A stretch of DNA of 33,653 bases. Source: Phycisphaerae bacterium (GTDB lineage: Bacteria; Planctomycetota; Phycisphaerae; WQYP01). The stretch spans positions 1 through 33,653 of the forward strand of contig JBIJDM010000003.1 in NCBI GenBank assembly GCA_044344145.1, given 5' to 3'. The notes beneath the pieces were generated by a model that saw only the letters and a program-made list of their open reading frames with translations, searched no databases and had not been told where the DNA came from. The translations under genes were made by a program, and so were the position numbers. Positions 1 to 8,670 of this stretch are shown here, in pieces. Position 1 is the stretch's first letter, and every line of letters starts with the position of its first letter.

Positions 1-856
1 ACTGGCCGCGCACCGAGAGAATGCCCGCCTGCAGTTGGAGGAAAAAGTGCAGTGCGGGATTGCCCAGCGTGACAATGGCACGGGGGCGGATAATTTCGAT
101 CTGACGGAACAGATAACCCAGTTGGGCCGCCGCCTCGGTGGCTTCGGGCGGACGGTCCACCATGCGGTGCATGACTTCGCTCCAGGCGGCGCAGCGAACC
201 TTCACCACGTTGGCGATGTACACCTGCTGCCGGGCATAGCCCATGGCTTTGATCATCTCGTCGAGTTTCTGCCCGCTCTTGCCCACGAAGGGCCGGCCCT
301 GAATATCTTCTTCCACGCCGGGGCCTTCGCCGATGAATATGATCGGGGCCTCGGGATCGCCTTCACCAAAGACGACGTTTTTAATTTCATTGTTAAGCAG
401 ACCCGCCAGATCAGTTTTAACCGTCTGTTCCAGTGCGGCCAGCTGCGCAATTTTCTCCGCCCGCGTCAACGGTGGCAGCGCGGCAATCTTGCCCGCAGGC
501 GGTGGCGGAAGTGCGATCGATTTTTTGGCCATATCATCCCTTCCTGAGTTATGCAGCCCGGCCATGATGGATACGCCGGGGGGCGGCGCAGGGGGTGGGG
601 CCGAGGTTGGTGTACGCGTGACGAGGGCAGGACGCGCTGCGGTTGGTGGCGGCGCTGCGGGCGTCGGTTTCGGGGGTACGGGCAATGGTCGTGCCGGGGT
701 TGCTATCGTTGGGGTGGCGGGAATCTGCCGAGGGGGCACGGCCTGCGGCACCGCCGCCGGGGCGACCTGCTTGGGCAGTACCAGCGGAACCTCGGCCACG
801 CCGAAGGCCTGGTCGGTCCGTAACCACTGGCGGATGATGCTGTAAGCGTCGCTCAT
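1..856 (-). CDS. Uracil-DNA glycosylase family 4 with Pro/Ala/Thr-rich N-terminal extension; 3' end truncated by window edge
   Basis: Hand translation from ATG 856 is open to position 2. Motifs VVFGEGDPEA, FIGEGPGVEEDIQGRPFVG, VYIANVVK and QIEIIRPRAIVTLG. Missing from the ORF track, presumably because it has no stop codon in the window. Confidence 0.92.
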   Translation of the reverse strand, partial: MSDAYSIIRQWLRTDQAFGVAEVPLVLPKQVAPAAVPQAVPPRQIPATPTIATPARPLPVPPKPTPAAPPPTAARPALVTRTPTSAPPPAPPPGVSIMAGLHNSGRDDMAKKSIALPPPPAGKIAALPPLTRAEKIAQLAALEQTVKTDLAGLLNNEIKNVVFGEGDPEAPIIFIGEGPGVEEDIQGRPFVGKSGQKLDEMIKAMGYARQQVYIANVVKVRCAAWSEVMHRMVDRPPEATEAAAQLGYLFRQIEIIRPRAIVTLGNPALHFFLQLQAGILSVRGQ

Positions 857-947
857 AGGTCCCATTCTGGGGGTTGAAGGGGCAGGACGCAAGACCCGGG
901 GATCAAGATTTGTCCACAGGGGTCGGTGGGGTCAGATAACCACGCAA

Positions 948-1565
948 TCAGGCCAGCAGTCTGGCCCCCATCCACCAGCCCATATCCACACACACCACAG
1001 GCAGCCAGAAGGTGGCAAACAGAAGCCACAGGGCGACCGTCAGGCTGGGAAACAACCATAAAAGCGTGGGCCATTCATACCGCCCGACGGCCCCGATCAA
1101 GGCACTCACCAACAGCGCCCCCAACAGCGTCACCAAGGGCAGAAACCACACGCCCATGCGAAAATGGCGCCGGCCCAAATCCAGCCAAATTTGCAGGCCA
1201 ATAACCAATCCGCAGCATAATGCGCCCGCTAACGATACGACCAGAAGCGCAATGATGCTAAACAACAACAATAGTAGGCTGTTAAAAATGAAAATGAAGA
1301 CACAGGCGGCGAAATAGCTGCTGATGATGATATTTGGGTCGGCGTTCTTGATGACATCATAGAAACAGTATACGAATAAAGTAACTTCGGCGATGCAAGC
1401 TGTCAGTGCCACGAGGCCCAACGGAACCAACATCAGCCAAAAAATTGTGGATACTGCACCCAGTGCCTGTGCCGAGCCCACGCGCAGCCACGCGAGCAGT
1501 TGCGCCAGCCAACAGCGCCACCAGATGGGACGGCTGGGATAGGAAATTACCGGAGCATCGGTCAT
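948..1565 (-). CDS. Hypothetical multi-pass membrane protein
   Basis: 205-aa ORF with several long hydrophobic stretches, co-oriented with its neighbours; no family motif recognised. Confidence 0.6.
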   Translation of the reverse strand: MTDAPVISYPSRPIWWRCWLAQLLAWLRVGSAQALGAVSTIFWLMLVPLGLVALTACIAEVTLFVYCFYDVIKNADPNIIISSYFAACVFIFIFNSLLLLLFSIIALLVVSLAGALCCGLVIGLQIWLDLGRRHFRMGVWFLPLVTLLGALLVSALIGAVGRYEWPTLLWLFPSLTVALWLLFATFWLPVVCVDMGWWMGARLLA

Positions 1566-1608
1566 AGGGCTATTCTACCATCCACAGCCGTATGACTGTA
1601 GGGTCATC

Positions 1609-2643
1609 TCAGGGGGCTTTCGGCGCGGTGGCCGGGGCTGTGGTGGGGACGGCCGGGCCATAACTGCCCAAGACTCCATCATACGACCACTTGAAGGACT
1701 GTTTACCCCAGACCGCCAGCGCTTTGGCGGCGGCATCGAGATCGGCGGGTTTTTCCCGTTGATAACACAGCAACCAGGACATCATCAGCCCCAGTTCCTT
1801 ACTCCCCTGCTCCCAGGGCATCATGACGTTATGCGGCGCGCCGGGGACTTCGCGGTAGACGAACTTCTCCTCGCCAATTTTGTTGTATTTGTGTGGCTCT
1901 TTGAGTTCCAGCACATTCATACCGATCTTGGTCAGGTCTTTGACGGCCAGACGGCTACGTTCCACGGTGACGGCTTCATCTTTCTCGCCATGCAGGCAGT
2001 AAATGGCCAGATCTTTTAGACCCTCCGCCGGCGGCGCGGGAACCGCACGGTACCAGCCGGAAATCGGGCCGATGCCCGCCCAAATCTGATTCATGGTGGC
2101 GCCCTGCGCCCAAGCCCCGCCACCGCCCATTGAAACGCCAACCAGATAAATCCGCTGGGGATCAATGCGATACGTCGCAGCCACCTGCTTGATCAGCGCA
2201 ATCAGGTAAGCGCCGGATTCGGGGTAGTTCCAAGCCAGAAGTTTGTTTTCCAAGGCGTTGGGATACACACTGATTACCCCCTTGGCCGTCAGCCCACCGC
2301 GGAAAAACGAGACGATATCATCAGGGCCATTGCCCCCGGGACCACCGTGCAGGACGATCATCAGCGGATAGGCTTGCGTGGGCTGGTAATTCTTGGGCAC
2401 CGCGAGATGGAACCAGGCGCGGTCGTTTTTAACGCCGGCGAGGGGCACTTTGTTGATGGCACCGGTTTTCACATCCCGTGCAAACCCGCCCGCGGGTCCG
2501 GCGAAATAAGCTGGGATAGTCGTGGGTTGGGTGGCCGGAGCGGTGGTAGTCGGCTGGGTGGCGGGCGCAGTGGCCGGCTGGGCCAGCAAACCGGCACCGG
2601 CAAACAACAGACCCAATACAAAAGTCAGGGGCGAACGCAGCAT
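1609..2643 (-). CDS. Secreted alpha/beta hydrolase (PHB depolymerase/esterase/peptidase-like)
   Basis: Signal peptide, LHGGPG oxyanion region, nucleophile elbow GVSMGG, HGEKD acid motif and a later His (GAPH); GAGG upstream of the ATG. Confidence 0.85.
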   Translation of the reverse strand: MLRSPLTFVLGLLFAGAGLLAQPATAPATQPTTTAPATQPTTIPAYFAGPAGGFARDVKTGAINKVPLAGVKNDRAWFHLAVPKNYQPTQAYPLMIVLHGGPGGNGPDDIVSFFRGGLTAKGVISVYPNALENKLLAWNYPESGAYLIALIKQVAATYRIDPQRIYLVGVSMGGGGAWAQGATMNQIWAGIGPISGWYRAVPAPPAEGLKDLAIYCLHGEKDEAVTVERSRLAVKDLTKIGMNVLELKEPHKYNKIGEEKFVYREVPGAPHNVMMPWEQGSKELGLMMSWLLCYQREKPADLDAAAKALAVWGKQSFKWSYDGVLGSYGPAVPTTAPATAPKAP

Positions 2644-2722
2644 AGGGCACCATCCTCGTTAAGACAACATACGGTTACAGCCGATATGTTGCCGTCAACG
2701 GAAGGGCGTTTCCGTGTGCGGC

Positions 2723-2808
2723 TTAATAACTCATCTGTAGGCGATGACCATGGGCATACCGCACATGGCGATGATCAGCATAATCCAAAGCGTCTTATCG
2801 CTGCTGGC
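2723..2808 (-). pseudogene. Displaced remnant of the cydB 3' end (direct repeat of 3757-3888 with a 46-bp internal deletion)
   Basis: 2723-2736 is identical to 3757-3770; 2737-2808 matches 3817-3888 at 69 of 72 nt; translates ASSDKTLWIMLIIAMCGMPMVIAY. Confidence 0.93.
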
Positions 2809-3022
2809 GGTATACTGTGTCCCGATTAACCGAGGAATCGTCCCTTGTCTGCGGATAGTCCGAACATGCGTCGCCAATTGACAAGAACTACTTTGATAAG
2901 CCCAGCACCAAGGCAATGGGCCGTTGCTATATCCCCGGCCCCCCAACCCCGCAGGGCCCGCGCCCTTCCGAGCCACACCGGCACCACCGCGCGGGATCAT
3001 TTTACCAATCATTGAGGCCACC

Positions 3023-3760
3023 ATGTCCCATCGTGATATTCCTGCGAACGCGCCCGTTTCCCTGCGCAGCCTGCTGTGGCCGGGCCTGCAGGCGATACGG
3101 CTGTATTGGCGTGCGATCGTGGTGTTGCAAGCCACCGCACTGGTGCTGGTGTTGGGCTATTTTCATGTGGCGTTGGTACGCGAGTTCTGTGAGTATTTGG
3201 CCCGATTGCGTCAGGACTGGGGCATGATTCAGCCCGTGGTGGGCACGATCATTGCCGGCGTGGTTCTGCCTGAACTGGCCAAACTTCTGCTGCCCCGCGC
3301 CCATCGGCAGACACTCACGCCGGGTGAGGTATTGATCACCGCCGTTTTCTTCGCCGGGGCCGGGGCCGGGGCCTTTGTAGATGCCCAATATCGCCTGCTA
3401 TCGGTGCTGCTCGGGGATGACACGGGCATGGGAACGGCCATCAGCAAAATGCTGATGGATCAGTTCCTCATGACCCCGCTGTATGGCGCGCCATATTGGA
3501 TTCTGGTCTATGCCTGGAAAGCCAATCACTTTCGGATTCTGCCGACCCTGCGGCCGCTAGGCCGACACTGGTATCTGACCAAAGTTCTCCCCCTGCTGAT
3601 TCCTGCCTGGGCCTACTGGATACCCATGACGCTGATGATCTTTTCCCTGCCCGCGGACCTGCAGCTTTCGCTGTTTGTCTTCGCCATGGCCGCATGGAGC
3701 CTGGTGATGGTTTTTATCGCCCAGACCGAAGCGAAGCAAGCCAGCCTACCGACAATTTAA
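3023..3760 (+). CDS. Mpv17/PMP22-like membrane protein
   Basis: Multi-TM ORF with KMLMDQFLMTP and WAYWIPMT motifs resembling Mpv17/PMP22 (K-x3-DQ, W-x2-W-x-P). GAGG precedes ATG 3023, in frame with track ORF 2924. Confidence 0.72.
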   Translation: MSHRDIPANAPVSLRSLLWPGLQAIRLYWRAIVVLQATALVLVLGYFHVALVREFCEYLARLRQDWGMIQPVVGTIIAGVVLPELAKLLLPRAHRQTLTPGEVLITAVFFAGAGAGAFVDAQYRLLSVLLGDDTGMGTAISKMLMDQFLMTPLYGAPYWILVYAWKANHFRILPTLRPLGRHWYLTKVLPLLIPAWAYWIPMTLMIFSLPADLQLSLFVFAMAAWSLVMVFIAQTEAKQASLPTI

Positions 3761-4782
3761 TAACTCATCTTGTCCAGTTTGACCTTGCCGCGGAAGACCC
3801 AGTAGATGCTGCCGGTGTAGGCGATGACCATGGGCATACCACACATGGCGATGATCAGCATGATCCAAAGCGTCTTTTCGCTGCTGGCAGCGTTCATAAT
3901 ATTCAGGTTCGTACCGGCTTCCAGCGTGGTACGGATCATATTGGGGAACAGGCCGATGGCCAGCAGGGTAAGCAGCGCCGCGATGGCGCAGCAACTGCTG
4001 ACGAACGCATTGAAATCGCGGCCATGGTAAATTTCGCGCGGGATGTTGGCGATGGCCAGCATATTGGCCAGTGCGATCAGCCCCAGCGCAGGATACTGTT
4101 TGAAGGGTTCGGCCATGTGGGGCAGATAGAGCAACGTGGCCATGGTCGTGATGACGTAGGTGATGACGAAGAAAATGATGGTGTTGTTGACCCAGCCGCG
4201 GACACGATCATGGAAAGCGCCTTCGGTCTTCATCACCAGATAGATGGCGCCATGCATCATGAACAGCGCGATGGTGGTGATGCCCACCAGCAGGGCATAG
4301 GGATGCAACAGGGTGAACAGATTACCGCTGAATTCCATATCTTTGTCCACCGGCAGGCCCCAGGCCAGATTCCCCACCGTCACCCCCAGCAGCAGCGTGG
4401 CCAGCAGACTGCCGACAAAGAACGCGATGTCCCACATGCTCCGCCAGGCGGGGGAGGGTTTTTTGCTGCGGAACTCGATCGAGACGGCCCGGAAAATCAG
4501 CGCCACCAGCAGCAACATCAAAGCGAGATAGCAACCCGAAAATAGCGTGGCATACACATGCGGAAACGCGGCAAACAGCGCCCCACCACCGGTCACCAGC
4601 CACACTTCGTTGCCATCCCAGACCGGACCGATGCTGTTGAGACTGATGCGGCGTTCGTCATCATCGCGGCCAAAGAGGTGCAACATACCCACGCCGAAAT
4701 CAAAGCCATCCAGCATGGCATAACCGGCGAACAACACCCCAACCAGCGCGAACCATGTGATATTCAGCCAATGATATTCCAT
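3757..4782 (-). CDS. cydB: Cytochrome bd ubiquinol oxidase subunit II
   Basis: LDGFDFGVG, SIGPVWDGNEVWL and YWVFRGKV motifs; GAGG before ATG 4782; follows cydA. Confidence 0.97.
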   Translation of the reverse strand: MEYHWLNITWFALVGVLFAGYAMLDGFDFGVGMLHLFGRDDDERRISLNSIGPVWDGNEVWLVTGGGALFAAFPHVYATLFSGCYLALMLLLVALIFRAVSIEFRSKKPSPAWRSMWDIAFFVGSLLATLLLGVTVGNLAWGLPVDKDMEFSGNLFTLLHPYALLVGITTIALFMMHGAIYLVMKTEGAFHDRVRGWVNNTIIFFVITYVITTMATLLYLPHMAEPFKQYPALGLIALANMLAIANIPREIYHGRDFNAFVSSCCAIAALLTLLAIGLFPNMIRTTLEAGTNLNIMNAASSEKTLWIMLIIAMCGMPMVIAYTGSIYWVFRGKVKLDKMSY

Positions 4783-4844
4783 AGTAACCTCATATCCAAA
4801 ACAGTACTCAGCCAACCTGATACGGTCCTGACGACACGAAACCC

Positions 4845-6233
4845 TTAAACGCTGGCACGATCACCCTGTAATAAGGGAACTGCTTCACCCGAGCCGGGGG
4901 CGACCAGCGGTTCATCTTCGGGGCCATGCTTGATCTTCATATCCATCAGGAAGATAAACAGTGCAAAGAGCAGCAGATAAATCAGCGTGAACAGGATCAG
5001 CGAAATCATGATTTGATCACTCTTGACCACGCGCGAAACGCCCTGCTCGGTACGCATCAGACCATAGACAATCCACGGTTGCCGGCCAATCTCGGCGGCG
5101 AACCAACCCAGTTGGTTGGCGGTCTGGGGCAGGATCACGGCAAAGACCATAACCCACAACACCCCGCGGTTGGTCCAGAGTTTGTCCCGCCACCAGAGTA
5201 CCACGCCCAGTAGACTCAAGCCGATCAAGGTCATACCGATGGCCACCATGAGGTGGTAGGCCTGAAAGACAGGCTGCACCGGAGGCAGATCACCGGGCTT
5301 GAAGGCATCCAAGCCGGTTACCGGCGCGGTGGCATCACCCTTGACCAGCCAACTGAGCATGCCGGGAAGTTGCACCCCGTGCACCTGTTTGCCATCCATA
5401 TCCACCCAGCCGAACAGGTATAGACCCGCCGGGGCACTGGCAGAGAAATGCCCTTCGTAGGCGGCCAGTTTCGCGGGCTGGTTGTTGGCCACGCCAATAG
5501 CGCTCTTGTGGCCGCTGACCAACGTCAGCAGACCCGCGACCAGCGCCAGACTCAGACCCACTTTGAGCGATAGCTTGGCAAATTCCACATGCTGCTTTTT
5601 CAGCATGTACCAGGCCCCCACCGAGATGGTCAGCCAGGCCCCGCTCTGCCAGGCGCCCATCAGCACATGCCAGAGGCGCTCGACCGAACTGGGGTTGAAG
5701 ACCAGAGCCCAGAAATCGGTGATTTCCGCCCGCTGAAAACCGGTCACCGCATCGGTGACGATATGATATCCCGCCGGCGTTTGCATCCAGCTATTGGCCA
5801 CCACAATCCACACCGCGCTGAACATGGATCCGAGAAACACCATGAGCGTGGAAAAGAAATGCATCTTGGGACCCAGACGGTTCCATCCGAACAGCAACAG
5901 GGCCAGAAAACCACTTTCCAGGAAGAAGGCGAAAATGCCTTCGGCGGCCAGGGCCGAACCAAACACATCGCCGACATAACGCGAGTAGTGCGACCAGTTG
6001 GTGCCGAACTGGAACTCCATCACAATCCCGCTGGCTACACCGATGGAAAAGATCAGGGCAAAGATTTTGGTCCAGAATTGGGCGGCGGAGAGATACAGCT
6101 TGTTGCGGGTTTTGAGATAACGGGCCTCGAGGATCACCATAACCAGCCCCAAACCAATACTCAGGGGCGGGAAAATATAGTGAAACGCAATGGTCAACCC
6201 AAACTGAATCCGGGCCAGTAATACTGCATCCAT
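4845..6233 (-). CDS. cydA: Cytochrome bd ubiquinol oxidase subunit I
   Basis: [39 protein letters not shown] and EIGRQPW motifs; GGAGG before ATG 6233. Confidence 0.98.
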   Translation of the reverse strand: MDAVLLARIQFGLTIAFHYIFPPLSIGLGLVMVILEARYLKTRNKLYLSAAQFWTKIFALIFSIGVASGIVMEFQFGTNWSHYSRYVGDVFGSALAAEGIFAFFLESGFLALLLFGWNRLGPKMHFFSTLMVFLGSMFSAVWIVVANSWMQTPAGYHIVTDAVTGFQRAEITDFWALVFNPSSVERLWHVLMGAWQSGAWLTISVGAWYMLKKQHVEFAKLSLKVGLSLALVAGLLTLVSGHKSAIGVANNQPAKLAAYEGHFSASAPAGLYLFGWVDMDGKQVHGVQLPGMLSWLVKGDATAPVTGLDAFKPGDLPPVQPVFQAYHLMVAIGMTLIGLSLLGVVLWWRDKLWTNRGVLWVMVFAVILPQTANQLGWFAAEIGRQPWIVYGLMRTEQGVSRVVKSDQIMISLILFTLIYLLLFALFIFLMDMKIKHGPEDEPLVAPGSGEAVPLLQGDRASV

Positions 6234-6270
6234 AAACCGATACCTCCTGCAAGCCGAAAGTGTTGCGAAC

Positions 6271-6299
6271 ATATTATGCGAGGGGCGAAGGGAAGTAAA
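6271..6299 (-). promoter_or_regulatory. Candidate sigma70 promoter of cydAB
   Basis: TTTACT (6299-6294), 17-nt spacer, TAATAT (6276-6271), about 40 nt upstream of the cydA start. Confidence 0.4.
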
Positions 6300-6370
6300 G
6301 GATAATCCGAACTATTAATGGGCTATTTAATATGGCCCCCAAACGGCAGAACCGTATGTGCTACCCCTAT

Positions 6371-6405
6371 AAAAAAAACTGCGGCAGGTGGTTAACCTGC
6401 CGCAG
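6371..6405 (-). terminator. Rho-independent terminator after the secretin gene
   Basis: 11-bp perfect stem CTGCGGCAGGT/ACCTGCCGCAG with a 5-nt loop, followed by T8 on the minus strand. Confidence 0.9.
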
Positions 6406-6437
6406 GGGGGAAACTTGATTATTAACTCAGGCCGAAA

Positions 6438-8207
6438 TCAGGGCTGGGTCGCCGGGGCCGGATCCGGTACTGGGGCCGGGGCCGGTGCGATGGCGGCATC
6501 GCCCGCGACGACATCGCGGACGAAGTTGTGGATGCTGGAGGTGGTGGCCTCGTTCATCCGTTTGCCGGTGAGTTCTTCACGCATCTGCAGCGCTTCGACG
6601 AACTTGGGATTGGCATTGACGGCCCAATCCGCAAACATGGCGGCCTTTTCGGTGTTGCCGGCTTCCTTGGCTTCCATGGCCTTGCTATACCACATCTGGG
6701 CGATGCGATCGCGACCCCAGGGCAGCATACCCGCGCGGTTGCCCAACTGCATGCGGCGGATATCTTCCTGAATCTTCTGGGTTTCGGCATAGAGCGCGCC
6801 GTCATCGTTGATGATGTGCGGTGTCATCAGCACAATCAGCTCCTGACGCTTGGTCTGATCGTTGTTCTTGCGGAATGGGATGCCCAGAATCGGTACATTG
6901 CCCAGGCCGGGAACCTGTGACTTGTCGCTGGAGGTGCGTTCGCGGAACAATCCGCCCAGAACCACGGTACGACCCGACTTGATAATCACGTTGGTGGTCA
7001 GTTCGGCGGTCACCTTGGAGGGCAGGGCCGGACCGGTACCACCCACCTGCGAGACACCGCCCGTGGAATCTTCGGGATGGATTTCCATGCGGATATAGTT
7101 GTCTTCGCTGATGAACGGGCGGAAGAGTAACCGGGTACCGGTCTTGACCGTTTCCACGTTCTGGACGGTGGTGGAATTGCTGACCGTGGTGGTCAGGTAA
7201 CCGTCTTCGTTACCCAGAAATACTTCGCCGCGCATCTTGTTGAGCACGAGGATTTTGGGATTGGCCAGAACATTGGTATCCACAGCGCTTTCCAACGCGC
7301 TCATGATCACGCTGACATCCGACCCCATATAACCGATGGTGAAACCTTTGGCGGGGGCGGCCACGGTGTTGAAAGAGTTGCCGGCCAGAGCCGTATTATT
7401 GAACGGCGGCGTGGGTGACTGGCCATTGAGCAGCGAGGCGATGGGCAGGTTGTTGCTGCCAATACCGGCATTGATGCTGATATCCATGCCAAACTTATTG
7501 CTGTCATCCAAGGTGGCGTTCAACAGGCTGGCTTCGACCAAAACCTGTTTGGGCCGGACGTCAATTTCGGCCAGCGCTTTCACAATGGCATCCACATTGT
7601 CGGAGAAATCAGAAACTACCAGCGTGTCCTCGTTGGACAGGGTGGACCCGCCCGTATCGGTCACCCCGGAAGGCAAACCGAGCGCGGCGATGGGGGTCAA
7701 AGCCACCAAGCCACGATCACTGAGCAAGGGTTTGATCAGGGTATTGGCATCGGCGGCATTGATATATTGGAGCTTGAAAACTTTATTGACCACCTTGCGG
7801 TTGCGCTTGTTCTGTTCGTCAATTTCCTTGAGCGTGTAGACGTAGACAAAGTTGCCCTTTTCCACATAGCCAAAACCGTTGGGTTCGAGCATGGCATTGA
7901 GCACTTCATCCATGGTGACGTTATACAACGTCAGATTCACGCTGCCGGTCACGGCCCGCGAGACCACGATGTTCTTCTTGGTGGCGGTGGCCACGACCTG
8001 CAGGGCGGTATTGATATCCAGCCCCGGCAGCGACAGGGATTCGATCCGCCCGCCTTCGGTGGTTTTGATGCTGGCTTTGCTCAAATCCGTGCTGCCCGCA
8101 GGCTGGGTGGCCGGGGTGGGGGATTCCTGCGCCCATACCGCGCCTACCGCCATGGAAAACAAGGCCATCGCCATCATCCGCGATACGATTCTGTTTACAC
8201 GCTTCAT
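6438..8207 (-). CDS. Outer-membrane secretin (GspD/PilQ family)
   Basis: Signal peptide, N-domains, IDVRPKQVLVEA, LANPKILVLN, VLGGL, VPGLGNVPILGIPF and ELIVLMTPHII; AGGAG before ATG 8207. Confidence 0.95.
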   Translation of the reverse strand: MKRVNRIVSRMMAMALFSMAVGAVWAQESPTPATQPAGSTDLSKASIKTTEGGRIESLSLPGLDINTALQVVATATKKNIVVSRAVTGSVNLTLYNVTMDEVLNAMLEPNGFGYVEKGNFVYVYTLKEIDEQNKRNRKVVNKVFKLQYINAADANTLIKPLLSDRGLVALTPIAALGLPSGVTDTGGSTLSNEDTLVVSDFSDNVDAIVKALAEIDVRPKQVLVEASLLNATLDDSNKFGMDISINAGIGSNNLPIASLLNGQSPTPPFNNTALAGNSFNTVAAPAKGFTIGYMGSDVSVIMSALESAVDTNVLANPKILVLNKMRGEVFLGNEDGYLTTTVSNSTTVQNVETVKTGTRLLFRPFISEDNYIRMEIHPEDSTGGVSQVGGTGPALPSKVTAELTTNVIIKSGRTVVLGGLFRERTSSDKSQVPGLGNVPILGIPFRKNNDQTKRQELIVLMTPHIINDDGALYAETQKIQEDIRRMQLGNRAGMLPWGRDRIAQMWYSKAMEAKEAGNTEKAAMFADWAVNANPKFVEALQMREELTGKRMNEATTSSIHNFVRDVVAGDAAIAPAPAPVPDPAPATQP

Positions 8208-8322
8208 ACGCAAGACTCCTCTTGCAAGTACAACTGATGACGGCCACACGACCGCCGGTAATCTACACACAACCGCTGGCTACCGGCTCTGAGAACGGTA
8301 GTCCGCAGTCTACAAGACTGGT

Positions 8323-8550
8323 TTATTTCTTCTCTTCGGTAACCACCCGGACGGTGATCTTGCCCGAATCCAGACTGGCCTGCAGCCCGTCGAGTTTCTT
8401 GTTAACGCCTTTGAGTTCCTCAACCATGGAGATAAACAAGGCGCCGGTATCGGGGACCCCACCGGCCTTCTGGGCCGTCAGGTTACCCACCAACAAAGCA
8501 CCGATACTGAACACGGCCACCGCGATCCAAGGGGTTTTTGACGATTGCAT
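8323..8550 (-). CDS. Small exported protein (75 aa) with short coiled coil
   Basis: AGGAG before ATG 8550; hydrophobic signal ending LTA-Q; heptad-like MVEELKGVNKKLDGLQASL. Confidence 0.72.
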   Translation of the reverse strand: MQSSKTPWIAVAVFSIGALLVGNLTAQKAGGVPDTGALFISMVEELKGVNKKLDGLQASLDSGKITVRVVTEEKK

Positions 8551-8584
8551 AACATTTCTCCTTTGCATACTGACATGCGCAGTA

Positions 8585-8613
8585 AGCATATCTTGCGCAT
8601 CGGCACCGGGCAA
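8585..8613 (-). promoter_or_regulatory. Candidate sigma70 promoter for the small-protein/secretin unit
   Basis: TTGCCC (8613-8608), 17-nt spacer, TATGCT (8590-8585), with an AT-rich tract upstream. Confidence 0.5.
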
Positions 8614-8670
8614 GTAAAAAATATTCATTTTTACAATTTAATAGCCTTGGTGAACATCCTGCTACGGTCT

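Noticed and set aside
35-845. Plus-strand ORFs 35-547 and 333-845
   Set aside because: Antisense shadows of the minus-strand UDG gene, which carries clear family motifs.
2665-2691. Hairpin CAACATA-CGG..CCG-A-TATGTTG as the original cydAB terminator
   Set aside because: AT-rich bulged stem with no real U-tract; I cannot distinguish terminator, operator or chance.
2809-2900. TATACTGTGTCCC at the insert junction as an IS end, and TTGACA at 2878 as a promoter
   Set aside because: No partner inverted repeat or transposase was found, and there is no -10 element at a 16-18 nt spacing.
2731-3135. 134-aa minus-strand ORF ending in cydB-like sequence
   Set aside because: Chance read-through into the cydB remnant; it overlaps the Mpv17-like gene and the rest is not protein-like.
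3353-3373. (GCCGGG)x3.5 microsatellite as a phase-variation tract
   Set aside because: The 6-bp unit is in frame and short, so slippage would only change an Ala-Gly count.
4783-4844. Small cydX/cydS-type gene between cydA and cydB
   Set aside because: No ORF encoding a transmembrane peptide in this gap.
8208-8322. Riboswitch (for example c-di-GMP) upstream of the secretin
   Set aside because: Only short hairpins, with no recognisable aptamer consensus; an Rfam scan would be needed.
8323-8550. Small ORF as a RiPP precursor of the neighbouring radical SAM/SPASM enzyme
   Set aside because: The enzyme has typical anSME motifs, and the small protein has a Sec-type signal, no Cys and its own candidate promoter.
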